Assembly (NCBI GenBank): GCA_963667845.2
Contig: CAXXVL010000002.1
Location: 1,088,001-1,152,000 of the forward strand
Direction of reading: 5' to 3'
Source of the DNA: Smithellaceae bacterium
GTDB taxonomy: Bacteria > Desulfobacterota > Syntrophia > Syntrophales > Smithellaceae
Length of the DNA: 64,000 nucleotides
Below, piece after piece: positions 59,015 through 64,000 of this stretch (positions are counted from its first letter, which is position 1; each line of letters opens with the position of its first letter). Under the pieces are notes generated by a model. That model had not been told where the DNA came from. It saw nothing but the letters and a program-made list of their open reading frames with translations, and did not search any database. Made by a program: the position numbers and the translations under genes.

Positions 59015-60472
59015 TCACATTCCGGGAAATACTTTATGGCGGAGCGCCGCGAAATCATCTTTGCCGCAGGCCATCATCAATGTGAGAGGCATGGCTTTAC
59101 GGGCCTGCTTGAGCATCGCTTTGGATAGTTCGCGGATATCCCACTGGGCATGTTCGTCAGTCCTCAGGCGCGACAGGTGGTAGAGTTCCCGGGCGTTTAA
59201 TTTCATAAACACCCGTTTGCGATGTGCGTTGGTCAGCACGTAGGCGGCGGCGTAAGGATCTCTCTGCCCGATTTGTTCATAGGCGCCGTTGGTTTTTTTG
59301 ATCAGGGCCATAAAGTCTTTTTGCCGTCCGATGGCCTTCACCGCCGGCGGTACAGTTTCACCCAAATCGGGGTCATAGTCCTGGCTCACAAGCGTGGCCA
59401 TCCGGTGACGCTTAAGCTGTGCGAAGCAGCTTGCGCTCATGATCAATTCGAAGTGCAGATCAATATTCTCGAGTTCCCTGAGCGCGGCATCATAGGGCTG
59501 GATATTTTCAAAGGCGATTTTGAACAGGGTCCGGGCATCACGCGGACTCATCCGCTGGGCCGTCTTCAGGCAATGGTCATAGCTCAAGCCTGATGATGCA
59601 AAAAGGAGCGAGGCGGCGGCAGTGATATCGGCGTCGGGCGCTGCCCAAACAAGTCGGACGGCATCCGATGATCCGGCGTTACTTTCCCCGGCGATCCGGC
59701 TGCAAAACCCGCGCAGGTTCTGACGGGTCAGGCGATCATAGTCCGTCGCCTGGGTATAGCGGATGAGGGATGGGGCGATGTCTCTCGTTGCGGCATAAAG
59801 TTGTTCGCCGTAACAGCGTGCTTCCGCAAGCGGGAGCGCTGAAAGCCTCCGGAGCATCAGTTCCAGATTGCGGGCGTTAATCGTCATACCCAGCTGGGTT
59901 TCCGTGGCAAGCGAAATCGCGTAACGCGCATCCTCTTTGGCCCAGCCCTCGAGCAGCGATTTGTTGGCCGGATTCTCCGCCAGAGCTCTATTTTGCTCGA
60001 ACACATAAGGCCGCAGCTGCTCATAGAGCTCGCGATAAAAAGCGTTTTGCATGGTGACGGTGGAAACAAACAAATCCTTAAAACCCGCCTCGACAATTTC
60101 CGCGGGTACGACAAAGTCTTTATCAAACAGAACATAACGCTGCGATTTCTCAGTGTAGGAACACAGGCGAAACTTTTCAATTTCTTCCACAAGCAGGCGG
60201 GAAACGCCGATGACGTCAATATTGAAGACGGCGTGCTCGGCAACCGAGCTGTGGCCCATTTCAAAAACGATGTTGCGGTTGGATTTGCGGGCCTTGTCCA
60301 CTTCGGTAAGAGCGTCGGCGCGCAGCTCGTCAACGGACTTGGGACTGCGGCTGATGCGCGCGTAAGCGGCAGAAATCGTTTCCGGCGTGATATCCTGTTT
60401 GATTGCGCTTTTTTCCTTGAGGCTGCGAATCAGATTGTAATCGACATTATAGCCGGCCAGAAGAATCTTCAT
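59015..60472 (-). CDS. thyX: FAD-dependent thymidylate synthase, tandem two-domain form
   Basis: GHSSVAEH, EKSQRY, NARNL in domain 1; QLKRHR, NAREL, HAQWDIR in domain 2. Confidence 0.85.
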   Translation of the reverse strand: MKILLAGYNVDYNLIRSLKEKSAIKQDITPETISAAYARISRSPKSVDELRADALTEVDKARKSNRNIVFEMGHSSVAEHAVFNIDVIGVSRLLVEEIEKFRLCSYTEKSQRYVLFDKDFVVPAEIVEAGFKDLFVSTVTMQNAFYRELYEQLRPYVFEQNRALAENPANKSLLEGWAKEDARYAISLATETQLGMTINARNLELMLRRLSALPLAEARCYGEQLYAATRDIAPSLIRYTQATDYDRLTRQNLRGFCSRIAGESNAGSSDAVRLVWAAPDADITAAASLLFASSGLSYDHCLKTAQRMSPRDARTLFKIAFENIQPYDAALRELENIDLHFELIMSASCFAQLKRHRMATLVSQDYDPDLGETVPPAVKAIGRQKDFMALIKKTNGAYEQIGQRDPYAAAYVLTNAHRKRVFMKLNARELYHLSRLRTDEHAQWDIRELSKAMLKQARKAMPLTLMMACGKDDFAALRHKVFPGM

Positions 60473-60495
60473 CGGTATGCTTTCTTCTCCTTTTG

Positions 60496-61302
60496 TTAGA
60501 GTCGGACCATTTCCACGCGCGGCAGCGTCCGCCCGAGAAAGCGTTCCCCAATCGTCTGAAACCGGTACGGGACATCACTGACGCAAAAGAGATAGTCCGG
60601 CGCCTGCCGGCTTGTATTGCCGAGGTCCCGGCGGATAATCAAATCGGCGGCAATTTCCGCCATCGCCTCCGCGGAATCGATCAGCCGGACGCCTTCTCCG
60701 ACGATATCCTGAAAGAGCGGCTTGAGGAGTGGATAGTGCGTGCAGCCTAGCACCAGCGTATCGATGTGTTCAACCAGGACCGGCTTCAGATATTCTTCGG
60801 CGACGAGACGGGTGGCGGGATGATCCAGCCAGCCCTCTTCCACCAGCGGCACAAACAGGGGGCAGGCCTGAGAGAAAACTTTGGCCTCACGGTCCAGAAG
60901 GTGAATGGCGCGCGCATAAGCGTTCGAGTTGATTGTAGCCGGCGTGCCGATCACGCCGATGGCTTTGCTGCGGGTTGAGGACGCGGCAATTTTCGCGCTG
61001 GCTTCGATGACCTCGAGGACCGGCACGGGCGAGATGTCCCGGATGGCCTGGTAGGCCACAGCCGCCATTGTGTTGCAGGCGACGATCAGGAGTTTGACGT
61101 TCTTCTTCAATAAAAATTCGGTAATTTGCAGCGCATAGCGGTTGATCGTTTCCACGGATTTTATGCCGTAAGGCACGCGCGCCGTATCGCCGAAGTAAAC
61201 GATGCTTTCAAAGGGCAGGCGCTCCATGAGCGACCTCACGACGGTGAGTCCGCCGATGCCGGAATCGAAAACGCCGATCGCCTGATTGTTTTTGTCATTC
61301 AT
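60496..61302 (-). CDS. murI: Glutamate racemase
   Basis: FDSGIGG, PYG, ACNT, LGCTHYP. Confidence 0.95.
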   Translation of the reverse strand: MNDKNNQAIGVFDSGIGGLTVVRSLMERLPFESIVYFGDTARVPYGIKSVETINRYALQITEFLLKKNVKLLIVACNTMAAVAYQAIRDISPVPVLEVIEASAKIAASSTRSKAIGVIGTPATINSNAYARAIHLLDREAKVFSQACPLFVPLVEEGWLDHPATRLVAEEYLKPVLVEHIDTLVLGCTHYPLLKPLFQDIVGEGVRLIDSAEAMAEIAADLIIRRDLGNTSRQAPDYLFCVSDVPYRFQTIGERFLGRTLPRVEMVRL

Positions 61303-61590
61303 ACTTTTTTCTCTCATATCCGCATCATAAAGTCATCGACTTTTTCCTGTTGTTCAGATAAAAAGCAAACCGGCATCGGTTCATAAAGTCGATTGGGGAA
61401 AAGTGCTGTTTTTTTATCACAACTTTCTGAAACATGCCAAGATTTCTTGGACAATGATTATGGTGATTCATCTTCAAGAAAAAACAGTATTTTTTTAAGG
61501 GACTGGCTTTTGACTATCATCATCCATGGTCCTTGACTTATTCTTTCTCATCGATAGATTGTAAGCTGATTCAGCTGGCGGAAGGGAAAA

Positions 61591-62052
61591 ATGATGCGCC
61601 GTTCGGAAAGGGAAATAGAAGACCCGGCAGAAATTAACGCTATTTTGCAGACAGCACCGGTCTGCCGGATCGCTATGGCCGCGGGCGGCCACCCTTATAT
61701 TGTGCCGGTCAACTTTGCGGTAAGCGGTCATCATCTTTATTTCCATTGTGCCCGCAGAGGCAAAAAAATCGACATGCTGCGAGACAATCCATCCGTTTGT
61801 TTTGAGGCGGATATCCCCGGCGATTTGCGGGGGTCTGATACGGCCTGTTCGTGGGGAATGAAGTATAAAAGCGTCATCGGTTTCGGTGAGGCCTATTTTA
61901 TCGAAGGCGGCAGCGAAAAGAAACAGGCTCTTGGCATCCTGATGAAGAAATATGCGGGCGGAGATTCCCTCTCCTATGACGACGCTATCCTGGACAAGGT
62001 CCTCGTGATCGGAGTAAGAATAGAATCCATGTCCGGCAAAAGATCAGATTGA
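61591..62052 (+). CDS. Pyridoxamine 5'-phosphate oxidase-like flavin-binding protein (NimA-like)
   Basis: MRRSEREI, PYIVP, YFHC..G.K, VCFE, YKSVIGFG, SGK. Confidence 0.88.
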   Translation: MMRRSEREIEDPAEINAILQTAPVCRIAMAAGGHPYIVPVNFAVSGHHLYFHCARRGKKIDMLRDNPSVCFEADIPGDLRGSDTACSWGMKYKSVIGFGEAYFIEGGSEKKQALGILMKKYAGGDSLSYDDAILDKVLVIGVRIESMSGKRSD

Positions 62053-62109
62053 AGCATGAGGTGCTGTCCTTAGCGTTATGATCATTGCATCGACAATTGC
62101 GGAGATTGC

Positions 62110-62514
62110 ATGATTCAAAATAAGATTGTCGTCCGTTATGCGGATAAGCGTTTGCAGAAAGGCGTCACCATTAATTTTTCCCCCGATCGGGAGACATTTC
62201 ATCTGGGGCCGCCAAAACTGGCAAATGCTGACCAGTTAAAGATCGTTCGGATCGCTGATTTAAAGGCGATTTTTTTTGTGAAAGATTTTGGCGGCAATCC
62301 GTATTTTGAAGAGAGGAAGAATTTTGATCCGGGCAAAGCTGTTTTTGGCCGCAAAGTGAGAGTCGTTTTTCAAGACGGTGAGCTGCTTGTGGGCAGCACC
62401 ACCAGTTATCGACGGGATCGGCCTGGGTTTTTCGTTATCCCGGTGGACCCGAAATCCAACATTGAACGCTGCTTTGTGGTGGTCCGCGCAACCAAAGAAG
62501 TGGCGTTCATTTAA
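62110..62514 (+). CDS. Conserved hypothetical protein (DUF6982-like)
   Basis: KIVVRY..KG....F.P, LKAIFFVKDF, V.F.DGE...G, GFF..P.D..SN pattern recalled from deltaproteobacterial proteins. Confidence 0.7.
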   Translation: MIQNKIVVRYADKRLQKGVTINFSPDRETFHLGPPKLANADQLKIVRIADLKAIFFVKDFGGNPYFEERKNFDPGKAVFGRKVRVVFQDGELLVGSTTSYRRDRPGFFVIPVDPKSNIERCFVVVRATKEVAFI

Positions 62515-62740
62515 CGGTGGCGACTGTTGACGGCTTTGAGGCCCTTGGATCTTCTTTTTGAAGGCCTCCGGGGCAGATGGATCGGCTTTCCGCAGATGCC
62601 GAACGGTTTGATGGAACCGGCCTCTCGGGATGGTGCCATTTGCAGGAATATCAGGATCGCGAGGGTGCGGACATCACACCCCGGATTCACGGGGAAGCGG
62701 GCCACGCCCGCACGACACTTGATAAGGAAAGTTCGATAGC

Positions 62741-63064
62741 ATGCCTATTTATGTACAAATCTTCTTGCTGGCTGTGGCCTTTATTGTTTTTGTTCTCGGA
62801 GTGATGTACGTCACCGGACTGGGACTCAGGCGGGTCTGTTTCAAAATCATAGCGGAACTGGAAGAAATGAGAGCCGTGAGCCCCGGTAAAGCCGTCAAGC
62901 TTCAGGATGAGAGAAAAAATTTCTTTCGCGTGGGAACGCGCAATTTACGGCCCAAGGCATTGGGCGTCCTTCTTGCCGATGGGCTGGTCATCAAGGCCGG
63001 TGACGGCAAGTACTATTTAGACAAAGAAAAGCTTGCGGAAATGAAAAGCAAGGTCGGCAAGTAG
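62741..63064 (+). CDS. Hypothetical membrane-anchored protein
   Basis: N-terminal TM, AAGGA RBS, C-terminal DGKYYL hairpin. Confidence 0.65.
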   Translation: MPIYVQIFLLAVAFIVFVLGVMYVTGLGLRRVCFKIIAELEEMRAVSPGKAVKLQDERKNFFRVGTRNLRPKALGVLLADGLVIKAGDGKYYLDKEKLAEMKSKVGK

Positions 63065-63271
63065 ACACGAGCAGTCCTGAATTGAAAAATAAATTCAGAG
63101 GGCTTATTCAAGCCTCCTGGTGAATCGACCGCCTGAATATGGTGCCGGATTACCCAGGAGCGACGCAGGCTGAAAAACAAGCGCGCAAATAGAGGCCCGG
63201 GCGAGGCCTGTCTTTGCGCCAAGGGTTACGCATCATAAAAAAAGAAGACAGACTGTTTATGAACAGTTGCC

Positions 63272-63634
63272 TTACCGGATCGTCAGCGCTGACATCACAT
63301 CCAGAATGCCGTCGGCGGTAAAAAAGTACAATTCATGCGCGGCGACCTGCTGGCTTTTATCCGCCGATTCCCTGAGCACCGGAACAATTTCGATTGCCGA
63401 AATGTCCATCCACTTATTATCCACGTTTATGCGAACAACTGCCCCTTGGGCATTTGTTTCATGAAGAATTTTGTAGGAGCTCAATACCCGGACGACGAAG
63501 TCATTCTTTTGCTTGGTCACGTAAGCCGCCCTCTGCTGAAGGGCGCGGATTTTGCCGTATTCCTGAGCCTGCGCCAAAGGTAAAAAGGAAAGCAGTAATC
63601 CTGCGGCAAAGCACGTGATAAAGATTTTTTTCAT
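63272..63634 (-). CDS. Hypothetical exported protein
   Basis: Sec signal ending AQA; GAGGAG RBS. Confidence 0.7.
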   Translation of the reverse strand: MKKIFITCFAAGLLLSFLPLAQAQEYGKIRALQQRAAYVTKQKNDFVVRVLSSYKILHETNAQGAVVRINVDNKWMDISAIEIVPVLRESADKSQQVAAHELYFFTADGILDVMSALTIR

Positions 63635-63681
63635 GCCGATCTCCTCTCGTCGGGAAAATGCGTTGATTCAATACAATATGA

Positions 63682-63710
63682 TTGACTTTACCGCTTCTTT
63701 TTTCTATATG
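63682..63710 (+). promoter_or_regulatory. Putative sigma-70 promoter of the acyl-CoA dehydrogenase
   Basis: TTGACT-N17-TATATG. Confidence 0.45.
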
Positions 63711-63785
63711 CCAGATGAAAATTCATAGTGGTATCAAAAATTAGCGGGCGAGGCGCTTTCGTTCCGACAATTCCGGGAGTAGATT

Positions 63786-64000
63786 TTGCAATTTAACCCG
63801 TGCATGAAACATAAACTGATCCGCAATTCTGCGCGGCACTTTGCCGAAGCGGAACTGGCGCCTATTGCCGCCGAAATTGACCAGCGGAGGATTTTCCCGC
63901 GCGACGTCATTGCCAAAATGCGCGATCTTAACTATTTCGGCCTGCAGGTGCCGAAGGCATACGGCGGTGCGGCGATGGATTCCATCAGCGCCGCGATCGT
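63786..64000 (+). CDS. Acyl-CoA dehydrogenase (runs off window; not in the ORF track)
   Basis: TTG 63786 after GGGAG (or ATG 63804): KHKLIRNSARHFAEAELAPIAAEID..FP....KM....FGL.VP..YGG. Confidence 0.85.
   Translation, partial: MQFNPCMKHKLIRNSARHFAEAELAPIAAEIDQRRIFPRDVIAKMRDLNYFGLQVPKAYGGAAMDSISAAI

Noticed and set aside
62515..62740. Short ORFs or a riboswitch between the two hypothetical genes
   Set aside because: No RBS, motif or recognisable aptamer core
1..64000. CRISPR arrays, rRNA, IS elements, prophage, selenoprotein read-through
   Set aside because: No repeat-spacer arrays, transposase or phage motifs; the TGA stops I checked fall at expected protein ends

Overview
Chromosomal window from an anaerobic deltaproteobacterium. 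The gene content suggests a Syntrophales-type (Smithella/Syntrophus-like) fatty-acid oxidiser; this is inference only. Lipid and fatty-acid genes: partial plsC, two long-chain acyl-CoA ligases, a thiolase, a thioesterase, a partial acyl-CoA dehydrogenase, cfa, menA and a Liv-type ABC transporter co-transcribed with an acyl-CoA ligase. There are two four-subunit 2-oxoacid:ferredoxin oxidoreductase operons; the second runs directly into an HydC/HydB/short-HydA (NuoEFG/Bfu-like) module with no hydrogenase or formate dehydrogenase catalytic subunit. Also present: an AcoR-like sigma-54 activator facing an apparently orphaned sigma-54 promoter, a housekeeping block (tadA, two tRNA-Ser, SRP RNA, dnaX, ybaB, recR, two-subunit fumarase), a complete Wsp-type chemosensory operon whose WspR equivalent carries a PP2C phosphatase instead of a GGDEF domain, purL/purQ, a small accessory segment (RgpF-like gene, radical SAM gene, tatD fragment), a truncated tauE, an MFS transporter, a tandem thyX and murI. 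The best leads are (1) the POR-Bfu putative electron-bifurcating 2-oxoacid oxidoreductase, (2) an unannotated ~175-nt structured RNA candidate with its own sigma-70 promoter at 38758-38932, (3) the WspR-PP2C domain swap and (4) the orphan sigma-54 promoter followed by a structured, ORF-less region. No CRISPR array, rRNA, transposase or integrase was seen. All protein calls come from motif recognition by eye; no database searches were run.
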